Shown: positions 41,808-52,063, counted from the stretch's first letter. The stretch: 64,000 nt of DNA from a bacterium (GCA_017482685.1 JAFUMP010000024.1:38946-102945), one strand, 5' to 3'. The notes: generated by a model from the letters alone, not told the origin. Made by a program: numbers and translations.

Positions 41808-42581
41808 TTACACCTTAACAAGAACTTCATTTTTGTTTAACTCATAAATATATTTTAAACCCTTTAAAGTCAAATACTGGTCTATATAATCAAATCTTCT
41901 AATCATATATTCTGATATAAGACGACTATTACCACCAGTTGCTATTATTGTAGCTTTTTCTCCAAGCTCTAATTCGCATTGATGAATTAGCCCTTCTATA
42001 GCGCATGCAGAGCCTCTCATTATTCCAGAAAGTATTGCGTTTTCTGTTGAATCACCTATAGCTTTTTCTGATATTCCAGCATTTATTCTTGGTAATTTTG
42101 AAGTATTAGAGTTTAAAGTTTTAAATTGCAAATTAAGTCCTGGCATAATAACTCCACCAAGAAAATCGCCATTTTTTGAAATAACATCAAATGTTGTAGC
42201 TGTTCCTATATCAACAACAATAGCAGGAAGAGGATATTGAGTCTTAGCAATTTGTGCATTTGCAATTCTATCAATTCCTATTTCTTTTGGATTTTTTAAT
42301 AATACTTTCATACCAAAATTAGAATTTTGATTGATTAAATAAGAATCGATATCAAATACATTATCACAAGATTTTTTTATTATAGAATTTAATTCCTCTA
42401 CAACAGAGCCTATAACGCAGTCATCGATTTGAAAATCTTTGCATAAAGTTTTGAAAAGAAGTTCATATTCTTCTTGTGATAAATCTTTATCCGAAGCGAG
42501 TCTAAAAGTTTCGACAAGTGCTTCATTGTCAAAAATACCTAAAGTTATATTTGTGTTTCCAATATCAATAGAAAGTAACAT
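41808..42581 (-). CDS. coaX: Type III pantothenate kinase
   Basis: IDIGNTN, GIDRIAN, VDIGTATT and IATGG. Confidence 0.95.
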   Translation of the reverse strand: MLLSIDIGNTNITLGIFDNEALVETFRLASDKDLSQEEYELLFKTLCKDFQIDDCVIGSVVEELNSIIKKSCDNVFDIDSYLINQNSNFGMKVLLKNPKEIGIDRIANAQIAKTQYPLPAIVVDIGTATTFDVISKNGDFLGGVIMPGLNLQFKTLNSNTSKLPRINAGISEKAIGDSTENAILSGIMRGSACAIEGLIHQCELELGEKATIIATGGNSRLISEYMIRRFDYIDQYLTLKGLKYIYELNKNEVLVKV

Positions 42582-43453
42582 TATTTTTCTCCATAATTTA
42601 CAAGCATTTCATCTAAAATTGATTTCATTTCATAACGATAAGACTGGGGACTCGTAACTTCACAATGTTTACCATAACGCAGTAATCTTGAAAAAAGTTC
42701 ATCTTTAGCTTCGCCATGATTCGTTATTAAAATATATTCAGGGAATTTATTTTCAGTTTGTTCTTCGTGTTCTCTCATAGAATATCTCTCTGCAAGAGCT
42801 CCTGTCACCTTAAATTTAGATGTTAACCCTTGTTCTGCTTCTGCTTTAAAATATTTTCCCAATATCTTTAGCCCAACAAGTCTATCAATTATTACATTTT
42901 TTACTTTATTATCATATAAGACTTTAAAACAATTTTTTCCTTTATGAACCACAAAATCTAAAGGTTTACATTTCACCATTTCTTTTGTTCTAAAGAGTAA
43001 AAGCACTTCTCTTTCTTCTTCTATTGCGTTATAAAAATACTCTTTAGTTAAATCAAGCGTATCTTTTTCAACTTTGATTATATTTTTGTTAGAAAATTTA
43101 TTTATTTTATTCAAAAAACTATTTAATTCTTTAATTGGTTTATTGGTTAGCTTTTCAACAGCAGTCATTTGCAATTTTTCAATTAATTCTATATCTCTTT
43201 TAGATAAATTTAAGCCAAAAGGAAGTTTTGCAACAAAATATTTATTTTGGATTTTAGGTATATCAATACCACAATATCTACAAGTATTTATATATTTACT
43301 TACAACACTATTATTAAAAATAGACTCTTTTTCATTAGCGTTTAACTTTTCTATTAGTTGAGCCATGGTGTAGTCATCTTCTAAAAGTAACTGCAGAGTT
43401 TTAATAACCTGCATGCCAGAAATATTTCTTTTTACTAATTCATTAGTCTTCAT
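42581..43453 (-). CDS. WYL-domain transcriptional regulator
   Basis: N-terminal wHTH, IIDRL and a C-terminal WCX-like LLRYGKHCEVTSP. Confidence 0.75.
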   Translation of the reverse strand: MKTNELVKRNISGMQVIKTLQLLLEDDYTMAQLIEKLNANEKESIFNNSVVSKYINTCRYCGIDIPKIQNKYFVAKLPFGLNLSKRDIELIEKLQMTAVEKLTNKPIKELNSFLNKINKFSNKNIIKVEKDTLDLTKEYFYNAIEEEREVLLLFRTKEMVKCKPLDFVVHKGKNCFKVLYDNKVKNVIIDRLVGLKILGKYFKAEAEQGLTSKFKVTGALAERYSMREHEEQTENKFPEYILITNHGEAKDELFSRLLRYGKHCEVTSPQSYRYEMKSILDEMLVNYGEK

Positions 43454-44372
43454 AAATTTTTCTCATTTCTTTTATTTTTTCAACAATAGTATTTCTGAAC
43501 TCTGTTGGCGATAAAACAATACATCTAGCACCAAAGGAAAGAACTCTTTGAATTGCTAAGAATTCATTATGATAAGTACCTTCAATTATATACCCTTCAT
43601 CCGTTTTATCTATTACATCTTCATTAATAGTTAAATCATCTTTATTTATATTTTTAAGTAAAAATGTTATTTTAAAACTTTTGATTTCAAAATTATGTTC
43701 TTGCTTCCTTCTTGCAAGAATATTTTTAAGACGTCTTAAATTTAATACAATAGGTCTTTCATTATCGACATTTTGACCATGTAAATAAATTTTATCATTA
43801 CTATATACAAGTTCCTGAGCAATAACTTGATATCTGCATTCAGACTTCGCATTAGGTTTTTGATAGGTTAAGTCCAATGTATTACGCAATTTACAATCTT
43901 CAACAAGCATTTTTATTGTATCGTAATCATAATATTTAAAAATTGATACCCCAATCAACGCTTCTTTACTCTCTTCATCACATAAATGATTAATTATTTT
44001 ACGGAAAAATTCTTCAAATTCTATCAATAAATAAATATCAGCTTTACGTTTAATATGATTATACACTTTTTTTAATGCTGAAATTTCATTTTTGGTAGTT
44101 TTAATAGAAAAAGGATGTTTGGTAAGTATATACCTAAAATCAGTTTTTGCAGATGATCTTGAAATATCACATCCCATAAGCTTAATTGTATTTAAATCAA
44201 TTCTTAAAATATCATTAGAAGTTTTTTCATCTATTATTTTTAAATCAATAAATGCTCTTCTAATTTCATTAAAAGAACGTGGTTTCGCAATCAAAAGCCC
44301 TATTAAAACTAACGCACGCAAACCGGTTAATGATATTTGATTTAATTCTGTTTTATCAGCAGTTTTAAACAC
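43443..44372 (-). CDS. WYL-domain transcriptional regulator
   Basis: LRIDLNTIKLMGCDI HTH, IYLHG...LNLRRL and VLSFGARCIVLSPTEFR. Confidence 0.8.
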   Translation of the reverse strand: MFKTADKTELNQISLTGLRALVLIGLLIAKPRSFNEIRRAFIDLKIIDEKTSNDILRIDLNTIKLMGCDISRSSAKTDFRYILTKHPFSIKTTKNEISALKKVYNHIKRKADIYLLIEFEEFFRKIINHLCDEESKEALIGVSIFKYYDYDTIKMLVEDCKLRNTLDLTYQKPNAKSECRYQVIAQELVYSNDKIYLHGQNVDNERPIVLNLRRLKNILARRKQEHNFEIKSFKITFLLKNINKDDLTINEDVIDKTDEGYIIEGTYHNEFLAIQRVLSFGARCIVLSPTEFRNTIVEKIKEMRKIYED

Positions 44373-44387
44373 TCTTTTCCCCTCAAA

Positions 44388-44966
44388 CTATTGTTTTTCA
44401 GATAAATCTGTTAAATATTTTATTGTACTCTCGCAATAATATCTATCTTCAGCAGAAAAAGGAAGAACATCTCCACCAAATTCTTTTCTAACTTTTGCAA
44501 TAACTTGTTGAACTTTTCCTCTCTGTATACAATCCATTTTAGTAACAATTGTAAAAATTGGCAAATTATAAGCTTGTATCCATTCACGCATTTGATAATC
44601 ATTTTTTTGTATATCATGACGAGCATCTATAAATTGAATCAATGAAGTAATCTGACTACGATTCAAAAGATATTCCTCCAGATATTTTTGCCATCTTGCT
44701 TGTGCTTCTTTAGAAACTTTAGCATATCCATATCCATGTAAATCAGCAATCGTAAATTTATCAGCAAAGTTAAAAAAATTAATTAACCTTGTCTTACCTG
44801 GAGTATTTGAAGTTTTAGCAATTTTTTTATTATTTGCAAGAGCATTTATAAAAGAGGATTTTCCCACATTTGAACGACCTAATAACGGAAATTCAGGTAA
44901 CGAAAAATCCGGACATTGTGATAGCTTTTCAGCACTTATTATAAAATTTGCTTGTAATTGTTTCAT
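44388..44966 (-). CDS. engB: Ribosome biogenesis GTPase EngB/YsxC
   Basis: GRSNVGKSS, TSNTPGKT, DLHGYGY and TKMD. Confidence 0.95.
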   Translation of the reverse strand: MKQLQANFIISAEKLSQCPDFSLPEFPLLGRSNVGKSSFINALANNKKIAKTSNTPGKTRLINFFNFADKFTIADLHGYGYAKVSKEAQARWQKYLEEYLLNRSQITSLIQFIDARHDIQKNDYQMREWIQAYNLPIFTIVTKMDCIQRGKVQQVIAKVRKEFGGDVLPFSAEDRYYCESTIKYLTDLSEKQ

Positions 44967-44969
44967 ATT

Positions 44970-45218
44970 CTATGATACTTTATGGTTTTCTTCTGATTTT
45001 TTTAAACTAGTTCTTTTATTTACTATTGATAAAAATTTGTATAATCTTTCATTATTTACAATAGTAATCTGCGTTTTGTCTTTCAATGAAGTTACATCAC
45101 AAGATGGTTTATTTTCAAATATATTATTAGTTTGGATACTCACTATTTGTATTATATTTTCTTTTAAAATACTTAATGGTTCTTTTAAAAATGTTTCAAA
45201 CGTCTTAAATATATTCAT
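44970..45218 (-). CDS. Small hypothetical protein
   Basis: 82-aa ORF co-oriented with and just upstream of engB. Confidence 0.45.
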   Translation of the reverse strand: MNIFKTFETFLKEPLSILKENIIQIVSIQTNNIFENKPSCDVTSLKDKTQITIVNNERLYKFLSIVNKRTSLKKSEENHKVS

Positions 45219-45300
45219 ATATAATCTACTTCAATCTTGCCAAGAACTATTGTATAATAAAAAAGTTAATAAGTGAATGAGTTTTTAGGAATATTTCATT

Positions 45301-46209
45301 TTGAAAGATAAAGAAAAAATATTTTTAGAAGGATTTAAATCTTATTTAAGTGTTGAAAAAAATTTTTCCGAACATACACTTAATGCTTATTGTTCAGACA
45401 TAGTAAGCTACCTTCTTTGGCTTAATGACACAAGTTGTATTGATGTGGATTTTAATAAATTGAGAGAATACCTACATTTTATCCAAAGATTTGATTATAA
45501 AAAAACAACTATTGCACGGAAAACCGCATCAATAAGAACATTTTATAAATACCTTTTTAGAGAACGCTACATTGATTCAAATCCTGCAATATCACTATCA
45601 GCACCTAAAAAGCCCAAATCATTACCAAAATTTTTGACAACAGATGAAATTGAAAAGATTTTAAACAACATGAAAATAGATACTCCTGCTGGATTTAGAA
45701 ACAGAGTTATTTTAGAACTACTTTGGGCAACAGGCATGCGTGTATCAGAGTTAAGTAATCTCAATTTTGGCGATTTAAATATTGAAGAAAATGAAATTCG
45801 CGTATTTGGTAAAGGAGCTAAGGAACGGATTGTACTAATATCTAATAGAGCAAAGAATTATTTAATCCAATATATTAAAACTGCAAGACGACTTCTTGCT
45901 CCTGGATATGATATCGGAGAAATAAACGAAAATTCACCTCTGTTCATAAATAGTACAGGTTTTAGATTACAAAATAAAACAATAAGAAAAGCAATTAATG
46001 AAGTTGTGGAAAAAATAGAATTGCCTAAAAAAGTCACTCCACACGTATTTAGACATAGTTTTGCAACACATTTAATAGAAAATGGCGCTGATTTAAGAGT
46101 TGTGCAAGAGCTTCTTGGCCATGCCGGAATTTCTAATACACAAATTTACACTCATATATCAATGAAGCATCTCCAAGATGTTTATAATTCAGCACATCCA
46201 CACGCTTAA
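45301..46209 (+). CDS. xerC: XerC/XerD-family tyrosine recombinase
   Basis: TGMRVSEL, GKGAKER, HVFRHSFATH and LLGH...TQIYTH. Housekeeping context. Confidence 0.85.
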   Translation: MKDKEKIFLEGFKSYLSVEKNFSEHTLNAYCSDIVSYLLWLNDTSCIDVDFNKLREYLHFIQRFDYKKTTIARKTASIRTFYKYLFRERYIDSNPAISLSAPKKPKSLPKFLTTDEIEKILNNMKIDTPAGFRNRVILELLWATGMRVSELSNLNFGDLNIEENEIRVFGKGAKERIVLISNRAKNYLIQYIKTARRLLAPGYDIGEINENSPLFINSTGFRLQNKTIRKAINEVVEKIELPKKVTPHVFRHSFATHLIENGADLRVVQELLGHAGISNTQIYTHISMKHLQDVYNSAHPHA

Positions 46210-46226
46210 AATAATAGGATATTCTT

Positions 46227-46433
46227 ATGCAGAAAATAATAATCGGAAAAACATATAGACACTATAAAGGTAATTACTACAAAATAATTGCTTTAGCAAA
46301 ACATTCTGAAACACTTGAAGATATGATAGTTTATCAATCAACTAATACTGATGCGACTTGGGTAAGACCTAAATCAATGTGGAATGATATTGTAGATACA
46401 AAAAATAACACTTTGAGGTTTACGCTATGCTAA
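46227..46433 (+). CDS. DUF1653-family protein
   Basis: YRHYKGNYY...HSETLEDMIVYQ...WVRP...RF. Confidence 0.85.
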   Translation: MQKIIIGKTYRHYKGNYYKIIALAKHSETLEDMIVYQSTNTDATWVRPKSMWNDIVDTKNNTLRFTLC

Positions 46434-46585
46434 CACGTGAAGTCCGTCAATGGCTAGAAAAAGTAGAACGAAAACAATATTCCTATGAAGATGCTATGTA
46501 CGAGTTTATGAGATTTTCTGCATTTTTAACACGTGAAGAAATGATACAAATAAAAAAAAGAATTGAAGCTTGTTACAATTCTTAA
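46427..46585 (+). CDS. Small hypothetical protein (52 aa), absent from the ORF track
   Basis: MLTREVRQWLEKVERKQYSYEDAMYEFMRFSAFLTREEMIQIKKRIEACYNS. GAGG upstream and overlap with the previous stop. Confidence 0.6.
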   Translation: MLTREVRQWLEKVERKQYSYEDAMYEFMRFSAFLTREEMIQIKKRIEACYNS

Positions 46586-46658
46586 TCTTTTGTCAATTTT
46601 TGTTAATAAATAGACTTTATATACATGTAAGTAGGTTTTTGTAGGACAATTTATTATC

Positions 46659-48143
46659 ATGGCTTTAAGTTATCCATATAACTTGAATAGTAATCCATAT
46701 ATAAAACAAAATTTTGCTTTTCGTGCGAACAATACAGAAAATCAATCTAGCGCACCTTTAGCAAAACCAATTGAAAGTGTTCAAAAAACTATTGAAAATT
46801 CTGTTGATAGTTTTGTCAAAACTATGGATGAAGAAAAGGAGAAAAAATCAAACAAAAAAGCTATTGCAGTTGGCTCCAGCGTACTTGTTCTTACAGGTTT
46901 AGTAGCGCTTTTAAATCCCAAATATTCATCTAAATTCGTTGATAAATTAAAGAGTTGGTCTACAAAAGCTGGAGTAAGATTTGAAAAAAACAAAAATGAT
47001 TATTTAGCAAGTAAATTCCATAAAGGATGCCAAAAAGCCTTAAACTGGGGAATAAGAACTTTAGAATTTTCTAACAATATAAACTCTGCAAAAGATATAG
47101 GATTCAAATGGCTTTGCTGTGAGAAAAAAACTTTTGCTAACGTAAAAAATAAAACATTTAGAAAGTTTTTACAAAAAATAGATAGTGGTTTTGTAAAAAT
47201 CATGTCAAAAGTACATAATGCTATTACTGTTTGGTTTGATAAAATTAGTAAAAAAACTGTATTTTTCAAATACAATAGAGCATCTAAAAAAATGAATGAA
47301 TTTGAAGCTTTAGCAAAACAATATCGCTCAAAACTCTCTCCTGCTCAGCAAAAAGAACTTGATGCTAAATTGTTAGAAATAACAAAACAAAGACAATTCT
47401 TTTCAAAATCTAATACAACAAACAGACTTGCCGAACAAGAAAACCTTATGGGAAATCTTGAACGAGATTTTATGACACAATTCAATGCTTATAGAAAAGG
47501 ATTTAAAAATAGATGGGTGAATAAAGCTGATCATATAGATAAAAATATGACCTTCTGGGCTGAAAAAATATTAGAGCCAACAAGGAATAGTGTTGAAAAA
47601 CAAGGTGCTAATGCTGTTGAAAAAATAATAGGCAATGGCAAAGATAAAAAGGGGCTATATGATGATATTTATAATCTACTAAGTGAGAATATAAATGCAG
47701 AAGAAAAAGCATTATTAGAAAAAACTATGAATAAAGCAGGTAAAAAATTACGTAAAGCAAACTTTAGTGAATGTGTTGAATATTTTGATAAAAAACGAGA
47801 TTTAGTACTCGGTGGTGCACCGACTGATATTGTCACAGCAGTAGCAGGTTTAGGCATAAGTGGTGCAGCAATTGCCACAGCAGACTCCAAAGAAGAACGA
47901 ATATCAAGGGCTCTTACAGGAGGCTTCCCTGTAATAGCTGGTATTGGAGCAAGTATGGCATTTACAGCTATGCTCTTCTCTGGAGTCCAAGGCTTATTAC
48001 TAGGTGCAGCAACATCTGTTGGATTAAGTAAACTTGGAAGTATTGCAGATAATCTTATTACTGGGAAAAAAGATGAACCTATAAAAAACGATAAAAAACC
48101 TACAGAAAACCCTTTTAGACCACAGGAGGTACAGTATGCTTAA
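46659..48143 (+). CDS. Hypothetical basic protein with hydrophobic N- and C-terminal segments
   Basis: 494-aa ORF. Confidence 0.75.
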   Translation: MALSYPYNLNSNPYIKQNFAFRANNTENQSSAPLAKPIESVQKTIENSVDSFVKTMDEEKEKKSNKKAIAVGSSVLVLTGLVALLNPKYSSKFVDKLKSWSTKAGVRFEKNKNDYLASKFHKGCQKALNWGIRTLEFSNNINSAKDIGFKWLCCEKKTFANVKNKTFRKFLQKIDSGFVKIMSKVHNAITVWFDKISKKTVFFKYNRASKKMNEFEALAKQYRSKLSPAQQKELDAKLLEITKQRQFFSKSNTTNRLAEQENLMGNLERDFMTQFNAYRKGFKNRWVNKADHIDKNMTFWAEKILEPTRNSVEKQGANAVEKIIGNGKDKKGLYDDIYNLLSENINAEEKALLEKTMNKAGKKLRKANFSECVEYFDKKRDLVLGGAPTDIVTAVAGLGISGAAIATADSKEERISRALTGGFPVIAGIGASMAFTAMLFSGVQGLLLGAATSVGLSKLGSIADNLITGKKDEPIKNDKKPTENPFRPQEVQYA

Positions 48144-48655
48144 TTTAGTAGTGCAACAATTGATTGAACTTTATTTTTTAATGTTTCATAATCTTTGTTA
48201 TTCTCGATTACAAAATCCCAATCTTGAATATTGTCCAAATCAACTTCAGTAACATCATCCTCACCAATAAGCTTGCCTCCACGCGCTTCTCGAATATCTC
48301 TATCAGCTTCAATTCTGATAGCTAAAGCCCCAGCTTGCTTAAAAACTTCATATTCATGAAGAATACGTACATCTGTTACAACAATATTACCATCTTGTTC
48401 AATGATTTTTTGCAACCAAAAATCAGGAGATTGACTTCTTCCCCAATTTCCTAAATCTATGAGCCCTTGACGATAATTAGACTTATTCTTTTCAATTTCT
48501 GCATAAGTTAAATTATGCAATTTGCCATATTCTATTTTAATAATATCACCCATTGCACAACGTCTATAATCAGGCATTTTTTCTAAAAGAATTTTTGCAG
48601 CAGTATCTTTGCCTGAATATTGTTTTCCAGAAAAAATAATTATTTTATTTGCCAT
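48140..48655 (-). CDS. P-loop kinase, animal-type phosphomevalonate kinase / dNMP kinase-like
   Basis: FSGKQYSGKD, VVTDVR and DD.TE..LD...WDFVIEN. Confidence 0.7.
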   Translation of the reverse strand: MANKIIIFSGKQYSGKDTAAKILLEKMPDYRRCAMGDIIKIEYGKLHNLTYAEIEKNKSNYRQGLIDLGNWGRSQSPDFWLQKIIEQDGNIVVTDVRILHEYEVFKQAGALAIRIEADRDIREARGGKLIGEDDVTEVDLDNIQDWDFVIENNKDYETLKNKVQSIVALLN

Positions 48656-48656
48656 A

Positions 48657-49205
48657 CTATTCTTTTATTAAATTACCTTTACCAAAGAAATGTAATCTTC
48701 CAATTTCATCTGTATAAATTGTTTTAGATTCATTTACACCAGAGCCTGGTAAATAAGTTGCACCTTTTCCAAAACTAGCAGATGGATCCATTTTTCTCTC
48801 TTCTGATGTAAATGAAGCTTTTGTTTTAGAAGCAACAGGGACGTCTGTTCTATCTTTAATTACTTTGGTAATATCAGTTTCTACTTCTTTAGAAGATGTT
48901 TCAATCTTGGTTTTTACATCTTCTACTTTGCTAACAACTTCTTCTTTAGAGGTATTCAAAGTAGCTTCGCTTTCTGATTTTTTATTCGAGAATTTTAAAT
49001 CCGCATCATTAACAAAATCTGCTTGAGCTTCGTTCATTTGCATTTTGCGAACAGTAGAATATCCTCCTCTACCTAAAAAATGAGCTCTTCCAATTTCATC
49101 TGTATAAATTGGACTTTGTATTTGTTGAACTGTTGTTTCTGCAAAAACTGTTCCAATTGATAAAACAAAAATCATTGCTAATAAAATCGAATATTTTTTT
49201 GACAT
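48657..49205 (-). CDS. Secreted hypothetical protein with a duplicated IYTDEIGRxHF motif
   Basis: Signal peptide, with the motif near both ends of the mature chain. Confidence 0.75.
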   Translation of the reverse strand: MSKKYSILLAMIFVLSIGTVFAETTVQQIQSPIYTDEIGRAHFLGRGGYSTVRKMQMNEAQADFVNDADLKFSNKKSESEATLNTSKEEVVSKVEDVKTKIETSSKEVETDITKVIKDRTDVPVASKTKASFTSEERKMDPSASFGKGATYLPGSGVNESKTIYTDEIGRLHFFGKGNLIKE

Positions 49206-49309
49206 GAATACCTCCTTGGGCTTGTATTTTTATGCTCATATTATAATATAAAACCCAACAAAGAAAAAGTTGCTATTTTAAAATATTTTTTTAAATATAA
49301 ATTTTAAAC

Positions 49310-49741
49310 TTACTTTATAGCACCAACTAACTCATTTGTAATGTCTTTTCCACCATGTAACACAACACTTTTTGCAAATACATATTCATAACCATCTTTT
49401 TGAGCCTTTTTGCTTATTTCAGATTTAATATTTTTTTCAATAGCATTTAATCTATTATTATAATCTCGCTCTAGGGCTTCTTTTTTAGTATTGAACTCTT
49501 TCATATATTTATCTTCGATTAATAAAACTTTTGCAGGATCTTTTTCATTAGATATTTCTCCACGAGCATTTACAATAATTTTATCTAATTCATTAATTTT
49601 CTTATTATGCTCTTGCTTTAAAAGCTTTACTTGTGAAGAATTACTTACTAATTGTTGTAAATCAACAACTGCAATATTATTAGACGCAAAAGCACAAGAT
49701 GCTGTACATAAAATAGTACATAATAATAAACTTTTTTTCAT
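49310..49741 (-). CDS. OmpH/Skp periplasmic chaperone
   Basis: Signal peptide, IAVVDLQQL, a coiled coil and GGKDITNE. Confidence 0.85.
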   Translation of the reverse strand: MKKSLLLCTILCTASCAFASNNIAVVDLQQLVSNSSQVKLLKQEHNKKINELDKIIVNARGEISNEKDPAKVLLIEDKYMKEFNTKKEALERDYNNRLNAIEKNIKSEISKKAQKDGYEYVFAKSVVLHGGKDITNELVGAIK

Positions 49742-49864
49742 ATAAAAATCCTCCTTTTTTCTTCTTTATAAAAATTATTTTAAAAAAACTCTATTAGCAC
49801 TTTAGCTATACCAATTAGACGATTTAATATTGAAAACTATAAAGATTTAAATTAAAATATTAAT

Positions 49865-50587
49865 ATGAAAAGAGTGTTAGCTATATGTTTTATTCTGTTT
49901 TTTTCTGCAAATCCTTTATTTGCAGAAGAGTCTGATGTACTAATTAAAGAAACATATAAGCTTCAGGGACAAATCGAATATGATGATAACCCAATAGAAA
50001 CAATATATCTGGATGATGATATTGAAAAACCTCAGGTGAACATCCCAAAGCGTTCTTTGACCTTGCCGATTGGAGCCCTGAACATAACTTCAAATACAAA
50101 TAGTAAAAGGAGTGCACTAGCAAGGTCATCAGTAAATAGAGGAAGCTTAAAAGATATATTACCACTTAGCGGTAGTGTCTCAGAACAATTTGGCCCAGGT
50201 TTTAGCTATGGACAAACTTGGGAACAAGAATTATCTCAATTCGCTCAAATGGAAAACACAACAGCTTTTTTTGTACGCTATGATTCTCCAAGATGGTTTT
50301 CATTTACAACCTCTATTAGACAAGCTACAAATCAAGATATTGGAACACAATATAATCTATTCCGTATAGCACCAGAATTTCATATAACAGATAGGCTAAC
50401 TTTAAAAGATTCTTTTACTAATTATATGGCGCAGACTCGTTACAAAAACGAAGTGACATTAATTTATACTCCAGCATTAAAAAAATATGCTGATTCATTG
50501 AAATTTGAGCTTGGAGTTGCTCAAACTTATTATCAAGGTGGACGACAAAGAAACGCTGTTCAATTCAGCACAGGTTTTAAACTATAA
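49865..50587 (+). CDS. Exported hypothetical protein, possible small beta-barrel
   Basis: Signal peptide and an alternating beta pattern ending FSTGFKL. Confidence 0.6.
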   Translation: MKRVLAICFILFFSANPLFAEESDVLIKETYKLQGQIEYDDNPIETIYLDDDIEKPQVNIPKRSLTLPIGALNITSNTNSKRSALARSSVNRGSLKDILPLSGSVSEQFGPGFSYGQTWEQELSQFAQMENTTAFFVRYDSPRWFSFTTSIRQATNQDIGTQYNLFRIAPEFHITDRLTLKDSFTNYMAQTRYKNEVTLIYTPALKKYADSLKFELGVAQTYYQGGRQRNAVQFSTGFKL

Positions 50588-50594
50588 AAAAACA

Positions 50595-51014
50595 ATGGCA
50601 AATAATAGATTTAGAGAAAAAATACCTAAAAGGGTTGTTAATAAACAAGAAAATAAAACAAAAGGAGTTACAAAACAAAAAAAGAGTAGCTCTAAAGGTT
50701 TTTATTATTCATTTTTAACAGTTATATTGTTGTTGTGCTTAGTTCAAATAACAATCAGCGCAGTATTAAATATCTCAAAAGTTATTTCATATAAAGCAAA
50801 AATCGTTCAAATTACTAAAACACGTGATGTAGCAAAAGCTTTAAATGAACAATTGAAAGACAATATTAATAATTTTTCTAACGTGACTGGACTAGAAGCA
50901 ATTGCAAGAAATAACTTAAAAATGTCATCAGAAGATGAAGTTTTAGTTATAATTAATACAAACAAAGATGAAGAAGAGCCAAAAGAAGTTAAACAAAAAA
51001 AATGGACTTTTTAG
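50595..51014 (+). CDS. FtsB/DivIC-like septum formation initiator
   Basis: TM segment, coiled coil and LEAIARNNLKM...E. Confidence 0.75.
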   Translation: MANNRFREKIPKRVVNKQENKTKGVTKQKKSSSKGFYYSFLTVILLLCLVQITISAVLNISKVISYKAKIVQITKTRDVAKALNEQLKDNINNFSNVTGLEAIARNNLKMSSEDEVLVIINTNKDEEEPKEVKQKKWTF

Positions 51015-51017
51015 TAT

Positions 51018-52049
51018 ATGATTAAAGCAATATTACAAGAAGGATTTGTTCTAAAATCAAAAGGTTATTATAAACACGCTATCGAAGCTTTTTATAAAGC
51101 TTTAGAGTTCGATAACACCAGTGCAGAACTTTTGTTAGAAATAGCTGAATTATATTATCTTCTAAATGACGAAGAACGTGCTTTAAACTATATTGAATCT
51201 ATTTTAGAAAAAAATCCAACCCACATTGAAACCTTAAAACTATTAAAAAACATTTTTATCAACAAACAAGCTTGGGCAGAAGCAATACAAACATCCAAAA
51301 ATATTTACTCTATTTCACAAACATCAGAAAACCTTACTGAGATTTTTAAATTACTTAATAGACAAGGCAATTTTCAAGAAATATTTGAATATGAAACAAT
51401 AGAAGAAACCGAAGATATGTTATATGAAAAAGCTTTCGCCAAATTTCTTCTAAATGAACTTTCAGAAGCTATAGAATATATTAATAAAGCGCTTTTATTA
51501 AAGACAAACAATAAAAATCTACTACTAAAAGGAAAAATCTTGTATCGAATGAAAAACAAAGACGAGTGCTTACAGATATTAAAAGACCTCGATTTGTCAA
51601 TCGAAGATGCTGAATTAATGAATTTTATTGGCTTATTAGAACAATATAAATGCAACTTTAAAAAAGCGATAGAGTATTTCTTAAAAGCAGTTAAACTTGA
51701 CCCAACAAATGATGAATACTATTACAACTGCGCTAGCACCTATTTTAAACTAGGCGATATACTACAAGCAAAAAGATATTATAATTTGGCAATCTCTTAC
51801 AACCCAGAAAACCCTAATTATCATTTTGCATTAGCTAATTTGTATTATTCAGAAAAACATTATAAAAGAGCTTTAGAAGAACTAGATTATGATTTATTTG
51901 AAGCAAAACTATTGAAATCAATAATTTTGTATGACTCTGGATACTTAGCAATTGCAAAAAAAGAAATGGAAAAATTGATTGTAGAACAACCTGATAATGA
52001 ACTTCTAAAAAAATATCTTGAACGTGTTGAAGAAAATTTAAAAATTTAA
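51018..52049 (+). CDS. TPR-repeat protein
   Basis: TPR pattern such as AIEYFLKAVKLDP. Confidence 0.85.
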   Translation: MIKAILQEGFVLKSKGYYKHAIEAFYKALEFDNTSAELLLEIAELYYLLNDEERALNYIESILEKNPTHIETLKLLKNIFINKQAWAEAIQTSKNIYSISQTSENLTEIFKLLNRQGNFQEIFEYETIEETEDMLYEKAFAKFLLNELSEAIEYINKALLLKTNNKNLLLKGKILYRMKNKDECLQILKDLDLSIEDAELMNFIGLLEQYKCNFKKAIEYFLKAVKLDPTNDEYYYNCASTYFKLGDILQAKRYYNLAISYNPENPNYHFALANLYYSEKHYKRALEELDYDLFEAKLLKSIILYDSGYLAIAKKEMEKLIVEQPDNELLKKYLERVEENLKI

Positions 52050-52063
52050 ATTTGAATTTTTAT

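Noticed and set aside
45301-46209. Third mobile-element integrase
   Set aside because: Size, motifs and housekeeping neighbours fit chromosomal XerC/D, and no att site or cargo is visible.
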